Below, piece after piece: positions 20,954 to 31,506 of a stretch of DNA of 64,000 nucleotides. The first letter of the stretch is position 1; each line of letters begins with the position of its first letter. Source of the stretch: a virus (lineage: Duplodnaviria > Caudoviricetes). The translations under genes and the position numbers were made by a program. The DNA lies in the IMG/VR virus record IMGVR_UViG_3300011337_000669; one strand, 5' to 3'. Below the pieces are notes generated by a model that saw nothing but the letters and a program-made list of their open reading frames with translations, did no database searches and was not told the origin of the DNA.

Positions 20954-21468
20954 TATATTCCTCTAAATTCATTCTCACTCACATAGTTGGCGATAATTGT
21001 TCTGTAAAAAGGCTTGTATCCACCGTATGTATGTTTATTGTCTGATTTCACATAACCATCGTCATTAACTACATAGTATCTAACTCGGTCCTCAGATTCA
21101 TAGTAACCAATATAATCTCCCAAGAATATTTCAACCCCCATGTCTTCGAGAGTTTTTTGGTAAATACTAAACTGCATGTTACCAGGTTCTTTTAGTTCAA
21201 CTTTCGAAGTACCAATAAATTTAGTTGTAGGCGCATTGACTTTGACTAACCCTTTTAACTCCACAGGTGCTAAAAATTGAATTCCATCTTCCAAAACTTC
21301 ACCATAAACATCATCAGTTTTGGTCTTTCGTCTATCTATACGATAAAGAACTACGGTGAAATTCATATCACCAACCAACCATTCTTCACCCATACCAATA
21401 TCTAAACTATAATCTTCAGCCCCGAAGAACTTACCTAATCTTGTTATTGGAACTAACTTTTCTGCCAT
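20953..21468 (-). CDS. Neck / head-completion protein (T4 gp14-like)
   Basis: VVLYRIDRRKTKTDDVYGE...GDYIGY...YYVVND; neck/tail context. Confidence 0.6.
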   Translation of the reverse strand: MAEKLVPITRLGKFFGAEDYSLDIGMGEEWLVGDMNFTVVLYRIDRRKTKTDDVYGEVLEDGIQFLAPVELKGLVKVNAPTTKFIGTSKVELKEPGNMQFSIYQKTLEDMGVEIFLGDYIGYYESEDRVRYYVVNDDGYVKSDNKHTYGGYKPFYRTIIANYVSENEFRGI

Positions 21469-21543
21469 TATATTATATGATTACCTATATGTTGATAAAT
21501 ACTCAGTTTATAACTATATTTAAGCCAAATATTTTTCTTATAG

Positions 21544-23295
21544 ATGGATGTAAGTCTAGAATCGAAAGCATTATCACTATTGGAGTCTTATGAAGGTGGA
21601 AATAACTATTTACTTGAACTTAAACGAAAGTCTCAAATAAATAAAAAATTCTACCCTACAAGAAGCCAATCCGAGTATATAATCAATAACCATAAAAACC
21701 AACCTAAGGTTGCAAAGAAGTGGGTAATTTTAGACGCATATTTTGCGAAAAAGTTAGCGGATGACAAACTCTATACCTTAATACCTGATAAGGTGTGGGT
21801 TGAAAAGTTATTATGTGACACTGAAAAGGCTTTTCACATTTGGGGTAGAGTTTTTGAAAGTGAAGAATATCACGATTTTTGGTTACCAAAAGCCGCAATT
21901 ATAAAAGACAATTCAGTCAAAGATGTTGTAATTGATTACGAAAAATATTCTCACAGACCTCCACTACAACATCAAAAAGAGGCAGTACAAAAACTTGTTG
22001 AAAACAAAAAATTCATATTAGGGGACGATATGGGTTTGGGGAAAACTACTTCAACTATTATTGCAGCATTAGAGACAGGAGCAAAGAAGATTCTTATCAT
22101 TTGTCCTGCAACTCTTAAGATTAACTGGAAACGAGAAATTGAAAATTATTCAGACAGGTCGATATTCATATCTGAAGGAAAAACATTTAGTACCGAACAC
22201 GATTTTGTCATCATAAACTACGACATTATTAAAAACTTTCATGACACTAAGAAAAAAGATGAATCGCAAGTTATTGCTGCCAATTTTGATTTGGTGGTCG
22301 TTGACGAAGCTCACTATATCAAAAATCCTACAGCCCAAAGAACAAAACTAATAAACGACATTGCCAAAAATGTTGATAGATTATGGTTGTTAACAGGTAC
22401 TCCGATGACATCTCGTCCAATTGATTATTATAATCTATTAAACCTTGTTGAATCACCTGCCGCTAGAAATTGGATGGCTTACGCCATCAGATATTGTAGT
22501 GGATATCAGTTCAATGCTGGAGGTAGAAAAATATGGAATGTAACCGGATCCAGTAACCTTGAGGAGTTGAGAGATAGAACATCAGGAACAATATTAAGAA
22601 GACTCAAAGAAAATGTTTTGGATTTACCTGAAAAAATAATTACCCCTGTTTATCTTCGATTGAAATCCAAAGCATATGAAGAAGTTATGGGGGAGTATTA
22701 TGATTGGTATGATAAAAATCCAGAAGAGTCAAAGTCATTGACAGTTCAATTCACAAAATTGACGAAAGTTAGACAAATCATTGCGGATGAAAAAATACTT
22801 CAAACAATCGAACTTGCGGAAAATATTATCGAACAGGGTAAGAAAGTAATTATTTTTTGTAATTTTACAGATTCGTTAAATAAGATTGTGGAACATTTTG
22901 GTAAAACATCGGTTAAACTTGACGGATCAATGACCCAACACCAAAGACAATATAGTGTCGACCAATTCCAAGAAAATGATAAAATAAAAGTTTTCGTCGG
23001 TAACATAAAAGCATCTGGAACTGGAATCACTTTAACCGCTGGTGAGGCCGCAATATTTAATGACCTATCATTCCTCCCTTCAGATCACGCACAGGCGGAA
23101 GATAGGAGTTATCGATACGGTCAGAAAAATAACGTTTTGGTTTATTACCCTATTTTTGACAACACTATTGAGGCAATAATTTATGATATTGTAAACGCAA
23201 AGAAAAAAGTTATTGCTACTGTAATGGGTGATGACAAAAATTCTGGAGATATTGCCGAAGAAATATTAAATAAAATAAATAATTTAAGAAAATAA
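21544..23295 (+). CDS. SNF2-family (SMARCAL1/HARP-like) helicase
   Basis: GDDMGLGKT, DEAH, LTGTP, QAEDRSYRYGQ motifs. Confidence 0.92.
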   Translation: MDVSLESKALSLLESYEGGNNYLLELKRKSQINKKFYPTRSQSEYIINNHKNQPKVAKKWVILDAYFAKKLADDKLYTLIPDKVWVEKLLCDTEKAFHIWGRVFESEEYHDFWLPKAAIIKDNSVKDVVIDYEKYSHRPPLQHQKEAVQKLVENKKFILGDDMGLGKTTSTIIAALETGAKKILIICPATLKINWKREIENYSDRSIFISEGKTFSTEHDFVIINYDIIKNFHDTKKKDESQVIAANFDLVVVDEAHYIKNPTAQRTKLINDIAKNVDRLWLLTGTPMTSRPIDYYNLLNLVESPAARNWMAYAIRYCSGYQFNAGGRKIWNVTGSSNLEELRDRTSGTILRRLKENVLDLPEKIITPVYLRLKSKAYEEVMGEYYDWYDKNPEESKSLTVQFTKLTKVRQIIADEKILQTIELAENIIEQGKKVIIFCNFTDSLNKIVEHFGKTSVKLDGSMTQHQRQYSVDQFQENDKIKVFVGNIKASGTGITLTAGEAAIFNDLSFLPSDHAQAEDRSYRYGQKNNVLVYYPIFDNTIEAIIYDIVNAKKKVIATVMGDDKNSGDIAEEILNKINNLRK

Positions 23296-23347
23296 AATAA
23301 TTTTGTGAATATTCACACTTTTACCACATTTGTGGATATTTATTATT

Positions 23348-23509
23348 ATGGGAAGAAAATTGAAAACAGAAGAAGAAAAAAAAACTAAAGTATCGGTTGC
23401 TCTTGAACCAGAATTATTATCATATTATAGAAACCTTCATATTAATTTATCGTCACTTGTTAATAAATTACTCAAAGATTATAGAGAAGATGGGAAGAAA
23501 AATTTGTAG
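23348..23509 (+). CDS. RHH (CcdA/CopG-like) protein, cassette copy 1
   Basis: MGRKLKTEEEKKTKVSVALEPELLSYYRNLHINLSSLVNKLLKDYREDGKKNL; overlaps the HNH gene by 20 nt. Confidence 0.8.
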   Translation: MGRKLKTEEEKKTKVSVALEPELLSYYRNLHINLSSLVNKLLKDYREDGKKNL

Positions 23510-24158
23510 TAAATGTAAAATTGAAAAAGATATTTGTAATTTCAGTCGTAAAAAATCAAACCAATCAGAACTTCGTTCAGAATGTAAAGAATGTAATAGA
23601 ATAATCAGTAAAAAATATAGAGAGGAAAATAAAGTAAAAGAAATAAATAGAAGTAAAAAATACAGAGAAGAAAATAAAGAAAAACTCAAAAAAACCTATA
23701 TCGATAATATAGATTATTTCTTATCTTATAGACAAAAAAATAAAGAGTACTTCGAAAATTATAATAAAATCTACTACGATAATAATCGAAGTAAAATTAT
23801 CGAATATAAGAAAGAGTATCAGAAGAAAAAAAGAGATTCAAATCCAACATATAACTTTATTTGCAACATTAGAGGTCGGGTTTATCATTATTTGAAATTA
23901 AAAAACATTACAAAAAAAAATAAAACTTTCGACATTGTTGGGTGTTCCCCTACTTTCCTCAAAGAGTACATTGAAAAAAAATTCACCAAGGATATGTCTT
24001 GGGATTTGGTGGGAAAAGAAATACATATTGACCACATAATACCATTATCTTCAGCAAAAACAGAGGAAGAAATTTATAAATTATGTCATTATACAAATCT
24101 TCAACCCCTGTGGGCTGAAGATAATCGGAAAAAATCTAACAAGTTGGATTATTTATAG
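23490..24158 (+). mobile_element. HNH homing endonuclease with N-terminal CxxC...CxxC finger, copy 1
   Basis: MGRKICSKC...CKEC; HIDHIIPLSS...HYTNLQPLWAEDNRKKSNK. Start 23490 chosen by alignment with the two paralogs. Confidence 0.85.
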
Positions 24159-24174
24159 TAAATTAAAGCCAACA

Positions 24175-25713
24175 ATGACAAAAATACAACAGAAGATTGA
24201 ACAACTTGAATTACAAATTGTAGAACAAAAAGTGACGAGAGAAAAAGAGTTTTTAATCACAGAAATGAAAAAAATTGGAATAGAAAAACTACCTTATTCC
24301 TACACTGCTCTCAAACAATTTATTGACCCCGAAACAATGGAGATACATTATTCGAGGCACTACAAAACTTATGTTGATAAATTAAATGATGCTCTCTCCA
24401 AAAAAAAGTACGGAGATTTGGAGTTAGAACAAATAATCAAAACAATAAGTCGGTTTGACAAAACAATCAGAAACAACGCGGGTGGAGCATTTAACCATGC
24501 TTTGTTTTGGAATTTTTTAACTCCCGAACCAAAAAGACTCAAAGGAGATTTACAGAAAAAAATTATTAAAGAGTTCGGTAGTTTTATTTTATTCAAGAAA
24601 AAATTCGAAGAGATTGCCAAAGAAAGATTTGGTTCAGGATGGGTTTGGTTAGTTTTGACAGGGAGAAATAGTTTGAAAATTATGTCTACACCAAACCAAG
24701 ATAATCCTTTGATGAATATTATTGAAGGTGGAGGATTTCCGTTATTAGGTTTGGATTTATGGGAACACGCATACTATCTCAAGTATAAAAACAAAAGGGA
24801 TGAATATATTTCTAACTTTTGGAAAGTGGTGAATTGGGAATTTGTTTCCAAACTTTATGATATGAAAACAGAAACAAAACTTTTGGAATCTGTTGAAATG
24901 AAAAAAATTATCAAAGAGTTCAAAGAACCAAAATTTTGTGATTCAAATGAAATTACTTTTTATAAGGAATTAATCAACAATCCAAAGATAAAAAAATTAT
25001 ATCAAGATGGTGTCACTGATGTTTTGAAAAAAGTATTTCATGAATATTGGGTGGAGAGTAATGAGAAAGAAATGTCAGGATTTTATGGTATTGAATCCGA
25101 CAGTGCTAGATCTGTTTTGAATAACTTGAATACCAACTTCAATACTTTTTGTTTATTAACAAAAGCAATCAATAGACAAATAGAGTCAATTAACAAACCG
25201 AACAAAAAATTCGATTTTTCCATCAAAGAGAAACGAACAATTAGTGAGGTCAATAGACTTATAGCGGCATTAGATTATTTCAAAAAAGAAATTTTTACAA
25301 AAAACAACGAAGATTTTGTTAACATCATTAGTGTTTTGTTAAAACTTTGGGATAGAGGACAAAAATCTGAAGACAAAGTTCTTTCTAAAATAGAACAATA
25401 TTTCGGTAAAGATTCTTCAGTTGAAAAGATAGGTGGACATGGCCAAAAGAGTGACGCATTCAAAGGTATTGATTTGATTGTTAATGTTGGTGGTAAAAAA
25501 CACACCGCTCAAGTGAAACCTTTTTCTTCTATAAAAAAAGAAGGAGACAAAATCACAGTTTTGAATACAGGCAACGTTAAACCATATAACGTAGATTGGA
25601 TGATATTTATAAACACTAAGTCTAATAAAATTCTAATTATCGAGAATAATCCAATTCAGAGTCGTGGACAATATGTTTTCGACGCTTCTTCTCTTATTCA
25701 CGAAATAGATTAA
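24175..25713 (+). CDS. sod: Mn-type superoxide dismutase fused to a ~280 aa C-terminal domain with a PD-(D/E)xK-like motif
   Basis: EIHYSRHYKTYV, GGAFNHALFW, FGSGWVWL, NQDNP and DLWEHAYY retain the four metal ligands; the C-terminal part has SDAFKGIDLIV...TAQVKPF. Confidence 0.85.
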   Translation: MTKIQQKIEQLELQIVEQKVTREKEFLITEMKKIGIEKLPYSYTALKQFIDPETMEIHYSRHYKTYVDKLNDALSKKKYGDLELEQIIKTISRFDKTIRNNAGGAFNHALFWNFLTPEPKRLKGDLQKKIIKEFGSFILFKKKFEEIAKERFGSGWVWLVLTGRNSLKIMSTPNQDNPLMNIIEGGGFPLLGLDLWEHAYYLKYKNKRDEYISNFWKVVNWEFVSKLYDMKTETKLLESVEMKKIIKEFKEPKFCDSNEITFYKELINNPKIKKLYQDGVTDVLKKVFHEYWVESNEKEMSGFYGIESDSARSVLNNLNTNFNTFCLLTKAINRQIESINKPNKKFDFSIKEKRTISEVNRLIAALDYFKKEIFTKNNEDFVNIISVLLKLWDRGQKSEDKVLSKIEQYFGKDSSVEKIGGHGQKSDAFKGIDLIVNVGGKKHTAQVKPFSSIKKEGDKITVLNTGNVKPYNVDWMIFINTKSNKILIIENNPIQSRGQYVFDASSLIHEID

Positions 25714-25731
25714 CAAAGATATTTATATTAT

Positions 25732-26859
25732 ATGTCAGCAATACCAGAACCAGAACGAAGTAGGATATACACTAGAATTAAACACCAATTAGGTGCTCCA
25801 CTCAGAAGTGTAGAACTTGAAGACGAAATGTTGGATTCACTAATGGAATTAGCAATAGGGGATTATGAAGAATATATCCTTCAATGGTTAATTGATTCTC
25901 AGTGGGTTAATCTTGTAAACTTAAACATGAACGAGAGGTCCGTAGCTAGAGCATTAGTCACGAGGACAATGGATTTCGAACAACAATTCAGTTACTCATA
26001 CTCCAAAATTGTGGGTCTCCAAACCGTAGGTCCGTGGGTTCTAAAGAAAGATTATTTCATTTTAAGCGCAAACACACAAACTTATGAAATACCTGCAGGA
26101 CGAGAGGTTAATGAACTATTATGGTTTTCTAATCAAGCCTGGAACGCATTTGGTTTGGGGGGAGTCGGTGGATTTGGTATGGGTGGTGTTGGATTAGGTG
26201 CCAGTGAAGCGGGTTATGCTCAAATGGGCTATCAAGGATCTTATTTTATGATGTCAGGGTTTGATTACCTAATTAGAATGCAAGAGGCTAACATTCTTAA
26301 CAGAATTCTTGGAGGTTCATTGACTTATAGAATTACAGGTCTTCCTGATGGTAAAAAACTTATTCACTTATACAATACCCCTGGTGGAAGATTCAATTGG
26401 AACAATTATAGTTTATATCAAGGGAAGGCAGTTTGGTATTGGTATTATGATGTTGAACCAGATAGTAGAGCTGATTGTTTAAAAAACAATCCTGATATTA
26501 TCAAACTTCCTACTGACGTACCAATCGAAGAACTTACTTGGACAGACATAAATGTACCAGGTCAACAATGGGTTAGACGATGGTTTACCGCGTATTGTAA
26601 AGAAACATTAGCGAGAGTGAGAGGAAAATACTCAGGTAACCTTAAGACTCCTGATAGTGAAATTACAATGGACTATCAGAGTTTGTTAACTGAAGCTAAA
26701 GATGAAAAAACTAAATTGATTGAAGAATTAATTGGAGCTGAAGGATGGTTAACAAGATTAAGACCTGAAAAAGTAATGGAAAGAGAAGCATTAATCGCAG
26801 AAAACCTAAATAAACAAATGAAATTTAGAGCAATGCCTCGACAAATTTACGTAATATAA
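25732..26859 (+). CDS. Neck / head-tail adaptor protein (T4 gp13-like)
   Basis: RIKHQLGAPLRSVELEDEML...QQWVRRWFTAYCKETLARVRGKYSG...EAKDEKTKLIEEL. Confidence 0.8.
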   Translation: MSAIPEPERSRIYTRIKHQLGAPLRSVELEDEMLDSLMELAIGDYEEYILQWLIDSQWVNLVNLNMNERSVARALVTRTMDFEQQFSYSYSKIVGLQTVGPWVLKKDYFILSANTQTYEIPAGREVNELLWFSNQAWNAFGLGGVGGFGMGGVGLGASEAGYAQMGYQGSYFMMSGFDYLIRMQEANILNRILGGSLTYRITGLPDGKKLIHLYNTPGGRFNWNNYSLYQGKAVWYWYYDVEPDSRADCLKNNPDIIKLPTDVPIEELTWTDINVPGQQWVRRWFTAYCKETLARVRGKYSGNLKTPDSEITMDYQSLLTEAKDEKTKLIEELIGAEGWLTRLRPEKVMEREALIAENLNKQMKFRAMPRQIYVI

Positions 26860-26860
26860 T

Positions 26861-27196
26861 ATGGCAATTATTAAATCTATATCATCCAAAAGAATAATTA
26901 GAGGTGAAGTTATCAACGCTTCCGAAATTTCTGTAGTTTCAGAAACCACTTACAGAACTAACGGAGAAAGTTGTGTTATTGTAAGAGGTGTTGCTCAATC
27001 AGTAATCATATTAGATTCAACTAACACAGACCACGTGGTTGTTAAAGCAATGACTAACCTCACCATACTTCCTGATGTCGGGCTAATCGACGAAGAATAT
27101 GATGAGGTTGTTGTTGATAAATTTGCCTGTATTGAATTCAGATTTGTTGGTGGTAACTGGTATGTGTTGAGCTCAGATGGACTTAAACAATCATAA
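26861..27196 (+). CDS. Hypothetical protein (probably structural, beta-rich)
   Basis: 111 aa ORF directly following the neck gene. Confidence 0.6.
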   Translation: MAIIKSISSKRIIRGEVINASEISVVSETTYRTNGESCVIVRGVAQSVIILDSTNTDHVVVKAMTNLTILPDVGLIDEEYDEVVVDKFACIEFRFVGGNWYVLSSDGLKQS

Positions 27197-27224
27197 AAAA
27201 AAGTGGATATAATCCACTTTTTTT
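27195..27224. terminator. Bidirectional intrinsic terminator between convergent genes
   Basis: A8-GTGGAT-ATA-ATCCAC-T7. Confidence 0.8.
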
Positions 27225-27822
27225 ATGTCACTCTATTTCCCTTTTTCATATTATCCTTTCCCCACAATGGTTGTAGATTAGTATAATTAGATAGTCTGAT
27301 AATATCTTCTTCATTTTTTGCGGAAGATAATGGAATTATATGGTCAATATGCCATCCGTAAAATCCCTTGTTATCCCAGGTCATACCTTCACTAAATTTA
27401 TCTTCTAAGTATTTTTTCAAAAATGTTGTATCACACCCTAAATAATCTATCGAGCGATTTTTTTTAATAAGATTATTATCTCTAAAAATATCTTTTAACC
27501 TATTTCGATAATTTGTAATTAATTTAAATAATATATCTTTGTTATATCTTTCTTTATTTTTCTTTGACTGATAATTCCTAATTTTATCTTTGTTTTTATC
27601 TCTCCATTTTTTATTATATTCGTATAATCTTCCCGGATTTTTTTTAAGAAATTTTTTTTTAATGTCGTCAGATTTTTCCTGATTATTTTTTCTCCAATTC
27701 ACACTGTTCTTATTTTGACATTTTTTACAGTTAGACCTTAATCCATCATGAGAATCCCCATTTCTATAAAATTCACAAACATTTTTTTCCTCGTTACACT
27801 TACTACAAATTTTTGTTTCCAT
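27223..27822 (-). mobile_element. HNH homing endonuclease, copy 2
   Basis: METKICSKC...CKKC; WHIDHIIPLSS...YTNLQPLWGKDNMKKGN. Confidence 0.85.
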
Positions 27823-27964
27823 TTTTTCTATAATCTTTAAGTAATTGACTAACTAATGAAGATAAATTAATATGAAGCCCTCGATAATAAGTTAATAGTT
27901 CAGGGTCTAACGCCACTGATACTTTAGTTTTTTTTTCTTCTTCCGTTTTTAATTTTCGTCCCAT
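27803..27964 (-). CDS. RHH protein, cassette copy 2
   Basis: MGRKLKTEEEKKTKVSVALDPELLTYYRGLHINLSSLVSQLLKDYRKNGNKNL; 45/53 identical to copy 1; 20-nt overlap with the HNH gene. Confidence 0.8.
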   Translation of the reverse strand: MGRKLKTEEEKKTKVSVALDPELLTYYRGLHINLSSLVSQLLKDYRKNGNKNL

Positions 27965-28015
27965 ATTAATAAATATCTACAAATATATCAAAAGTGTGGT
28001 AATTCACAATTTTAT

Positions 28016-30796
28016 TTACATAAATTTTTCCCACCCTTCTTCAGCTAAGTCATACATATAATCAGGACTTAGACCTCTTTTTTCCCAATACTTGAGTTCC
28101 AACTCAGTAATATCCAATACGTCTTCTTTTAACCTGTCTTGGTCTCCATCACTTAATGGATGACCATTAATAAGTTCACACTGAGATGTTGTGAAGATAC
28201 CTCTTTCTGATGGGTTATTAACAATTAATCCATTTCTTACCTCATCCTTGAAAACAACCATTAAAGGTTCAATTCTTTTGTTAAATGTCGCAATTGCTCT
28301 TGGAACATTATAGTCCCCTGTTAAATCAGGGTTATTGTCTAAAATATCTTTATCCAACATATAACAATTAATCATAACTCCATCCGTAATGGGTTTTGTT
28401 TTGACCCCATTAAACTCATTAAGGGCATTAATATCTTTAATTTGTTTTGGAGTCATCTTCTGAACATCACCTTGTGATGATTTAGTCCCATTATTAACAT
28501 ACATAATAACATCACCTAAACTCACATTCAAATTATTTTGTATTGCCAATTCCAAATATGCCATCCGGCTCATACTATTACCCGATTTAGTTTTGGTGTT
28601 TAATCTTTTTTTATATTCTTCAATAGTCAATTTAACCTTGGCTCTTTGGGCTATCTTACTTAACGGAATCTTTTTATCATAAATGGTTTGAAGATACTCA
28701 TAATAGTATTCAACGAATGCTTTCCCATCCCCTTGTAATAACATCTTAATCCCCTTATCTAAGAATGTCTCAATATAAATCGGAAGTTTTTTTGACTTGA
28801 TACTGTTACCTGTAAGTTTGATTTTACCCTTCGCATCCATAACCGCATAGTTCTTACGAGCCAAGTTGATACATGATGGCCAAACACCATCGGTATCCAA
28901 AGCCATTTCACCTCTCATGAATATATCGTTATACTCCGCAACATCCGCCTCAGGCCCGAAATATTCTTTACCCAACTTAACCTTCCAATTCAAACCACGT
29001 CCAACGTATTTACGATTCTTAGCATCCTCAGGTGTAGAAAAGTTCACACCGTCAGTATCCATTACCAACGGAACATATCCTTTCGACATAAAAAACTTAA
29101 TCATCTGACGAAGATATTGTCTTCCAGTGCAGGTAATCTGCTCGCCCATGTACATGTCACCCCAAGCATAAACCTGAGGGGCGGATAACGCACCGAACAT
29201 CGAGTTGATAAAAATTTTAATCGGTAATTGTTTGTTACCATAGGACTCTGACTTTTTACGATCGGTCTCATAATATTGCTCCGCCAAGTTCTTGTACTTG
29301 ATACGAGTATCTCGGAACCACTTTAACATACCTTTCATCGCGCCTGTTACGTCACAGTCAGGAAATACGTCGTGCACCAACTGAATGGAGGGGTATAGAG
29401 ACGAGAAGTCAAGCTTCAGTACGTCCTTACTATATCCCACCTTAAGTAGTCGTGAGAGACCTCCTACGAAGTCAGTCTTGGATTCCTTGGCAGGAATTGC
29501 TATGTTGTGTTTATATGACCACGCCATCATTAGCATCTTCCACAAAGTTGCCGTACCCATAGTGGATACTCTCTCATAGGTAGTCGGAATCATCGCCGCA
29601 AGTAAGAATGAACCTTGATTGAATTCTTGGTCAACTTTCAAGGTTTCGTCCAAGTCATCGTCAAGATATCTTTCAACCAAGTTGTCTCCCGTTACTTTAA
29701 GATAAACATCACTTCTACTCTCACAAATCTCATCTATCTTAGGGTCTTGTCCAACCTTACGGTAGTTTCCATTCTGTGTATTCAACCAAAACTCTTCTTT
29801 CTTGGTATAGAATGGAGCAATGTCCAAGTGGTCAATATAAACTCGGTCAGGGGCTTCAGCATTGATATACTGTGTAATATATTTCAAACCCGCAGACTTA
29901 ATACTTGAATTGATTGCTTGTGCTCTACGAACCGCATGAATAATATCAATAACATTATATCCCCAAATTGAAGTTTGAGTATATAACTCAACTTCGTTGG
30001 CAAGTTTTAACATACCTTCTTTTCTTGTGAATGAATGGTCGGGGTGTAGGGAACGACAAATCTTCTTGGGGTCAATACCCAAGATTTTACATCGTTCAAA
30101 TATCCAATGCCAGTCGAAGTTTGCTGAATTGTATCCACCAATAATGCTTGGTTTCAACTCATTAATGATACTAAAAAACTCTATGATGGCACCTCGTTCT
30201 TGAGATTCGTCAATACATTCAATTACTTTATGGTATCCTTTGTTTGTTTTAATTCCAATCATGAATATACGACCGTCTTTGGGTTCCAATGCGGTCGTTT
30301 CCAAGTCAAATACCAATCGGGTTACTTGATTATAATCCTCAAATCCTTTGAACAATCTTTTTTCTTTTGAAACAAGATATTGTTCAACAGGAGACAAAAT
30401 AATTATTTTATCTTTTGTTCTCTCACCCCACGGATCACATCCACCTTCTCTAAAAAATTGCACAAGTTCACGGTAACCTTTAAGAGATTTGACCATAAAG
30501 GTCATACCCTTTTCTAATCTTTTATTACCGTATGTTTCAAGTTTATCAATCATGATACCATGTTTGGTCATGGCTTCCTTCTGTGCGGCTTTTGAACCTC
30601 CATAGAAGTTAATATCCCGTAAGTCGCCAACCCAAGCGAATGGCGTAAAATTGTCTTTACGAATTTCTTTACCTTTGCCTGGAATTTCCTTGATCTTGAA
30701 GATAGTGTTGGAAGCGTAGTCGAACTCGATGGCGACTATAAATTCTTCGGGATCGTTTCCATGTAGGAACGATTCAATTTCTTTTTCTGTAAACAT
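28016..30796 (-). CDS. polB: Family B DNA polymerase with 3'-5' exonuclease domain
   Basis: Exonuclease motifs FDLETT and YNSANFD; polymerase motif A DFSSLYPS, motif B KIFINSMFG, motif C DTDG. Confidence 0.95.
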   Translation of the reverse strand: MFTEKEIESFLHGNDPEEFIVAIEFDYASNTIFKIKEIPGKGKEIRKDNFTPFAWVGDLRDINFYGGSKAAQKEAMTKHGIMIDKLETYGNKRLEKGMTFMVKSLKGYRELVQFFREGGCDPWGERTKDKIIILSPVEQYLVSKEKRLFKGFEDYNQVTRLVFDLETTALEPKDGRIFMIGIKTNKGYHKVIECIDESQERGAIIEFFSIINELKPSIIGGYNSANFDWHWIFERCKILGIDPKKICRSLHPDHSFTRKEGMLKLANEVELYTQTSIWGYNVIDIIHAVRRAQAINSSIKSAGLKYITQYINAEAPDRVYIDHLDIAPFYTKKEEFWLNTQNGNYRKVGQDPKIDEICESRSDVYLKVTGDNLVERYLDDDLDETLKVDQEFNQGSFLLAAMIPTTYERVSTMGTATLWKMLMMAWSYKHNIAIPAKESKTDFVGGLSRLLKVGYSKDVLKLDFSSLYPSIQLVHDVFPDCDVTGAMKGMLKWFRDTRIKYKNLAEQYYETDRKKSESYGNKQLPIKIFINSMFGALSAPQVYAWGDMYMGEQITCTGRQYLRQMIKFFMSKGYVPLVMDTDGVNFSTPEDAKNRKYVGRGLNWKVKLGKEYFGPEADVAEYNDIFMRGEMALDTDGVWPSCINLARKNYAVMDAKGKIKLTGNSIKSKKLPIYIETFLDKGIKMLLQGDGKAFVEYYYEYLQTIYDKKIPLSKIAQRAKVKLTIEEYKKRLNTKTKSGNSMSRMAYLELAIQNNLNVSLGDVIMYVNNGTKSSQGDVQKMTPKQIKDINALNEFNGVKTKPITDGVMINCYMLDKDILDNNPDLTGDYNVPRAIATFNKRIEPLMVVFKDEVRNGLIVNNPSERGIFTTSQCELINGHPLSDGDQDRLKEDVLDITELELKYWEKRGLSPDYMYDLAEEGWEKFM

Positions 30797-30891
30797 TTTT
30801 CATATACGAGTGGTTTATTGGCTTTCACACTAACGTGAAGTTTACCTTACTCATCGTCTATAAATATAAAAGAAATTTGTGTCTTGTCAAA

Positions 30892-31269
30892 TTAACAACA
30901 AGCAGTTTCGGAAATGAAACTGTCTTGGATGTTGATGTATAGTTCCTCTCGGATTGGAAGAATCAGGTTTCCTTCGTCATTCTTAATCAAGAATTGACCC
31001 TGATATCTACCAGGAGTATTTGTATCTCTTGAACTGAACTTGAAATAAATGTAGTACTCAGGTGCGGCACCTAAAGGTAGAATTAAATTAACGATTTCGC
31101 AAGGTGCTGAAACAATCTTCGGAATTCCCGTTTCCACATCAATCATGGTAAAAAATATTGTCGAGACCTCAAGGTCTTCCATGAGTTGTTGGTAACCTGA
31201 TCGTCCATCTTTTACAACTTGGAGTTTCAAAATTGGTAAGGTAGCCCCTTTTTTAATATACCATTCCAT
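30892..31269 (-). CDS. BppU N-terminal-like (Ig-type) structural protein
   Basis: IKKGATLPILKLQV...SRDTNTPGRYQGQFLI...ILP pattern. Confidence 0.5.
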   Translation of the reverse strand: MEWYIKKGATLPILKLQVVKDGRSGYQQLMEDLEVSTIFFTMIDVETGIPKIVSAPCEIVNLILPLGAAPEYYIYFKFSSRDTNTPGRYQGQFLIKNDEGNLILPIREELYINIQDSFISETACC

Positions 31270-31350
31270 TCTTTTTCTTTATTAATAAATATATAGCACA
31301 TTTGTTTTGATAAAGTGAAACTTTTACTATCTTTCGGATATTTATAAAAT

Positions 31351-31506
31351 ATGGCAAGACCTACAAAATTAGAAGAAGACCGAAAAGTAAAATTTGGTAT
31401 CAGTTTAGACCCCGAAATTTTTAACCGAATGGTTAAAGACAAAATAAAAAAATCTACCTTAATCGAAAAATTACTGAAAGAATATTATGGAAAAAAAGAT
31501 TTGTAG
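31351..31506 (+). CDS. RHH protein, cassette copy 3 (divergent)
   Basis: MARPTKLEEDRKVKFGISLDPEIFNRMVKDKIKKSTLIEKLLKEYYGKKDL; 20-nt overlap with the HNH gene. Confidence 0.75.
   Translation: MARPTKLEEDRKVKFGISLDPEIFNRMVKDKIKKSTLIEKLLKEYYGKKDL

Noticed and set aside
23397-23489. Longer TTG start for HNH copy 1 given in the ORF track
   Set aside because: This stretch is the RHH gene in another frame; both paralogs start at the equivalent of 23490.
28016-30796. Intein or intron in the DNA polymerase
   Set aside because: Exonuclease and polymerase motifs follow at normal spacing in one ORF; no splicing or LAGLIDADG motifs seen.
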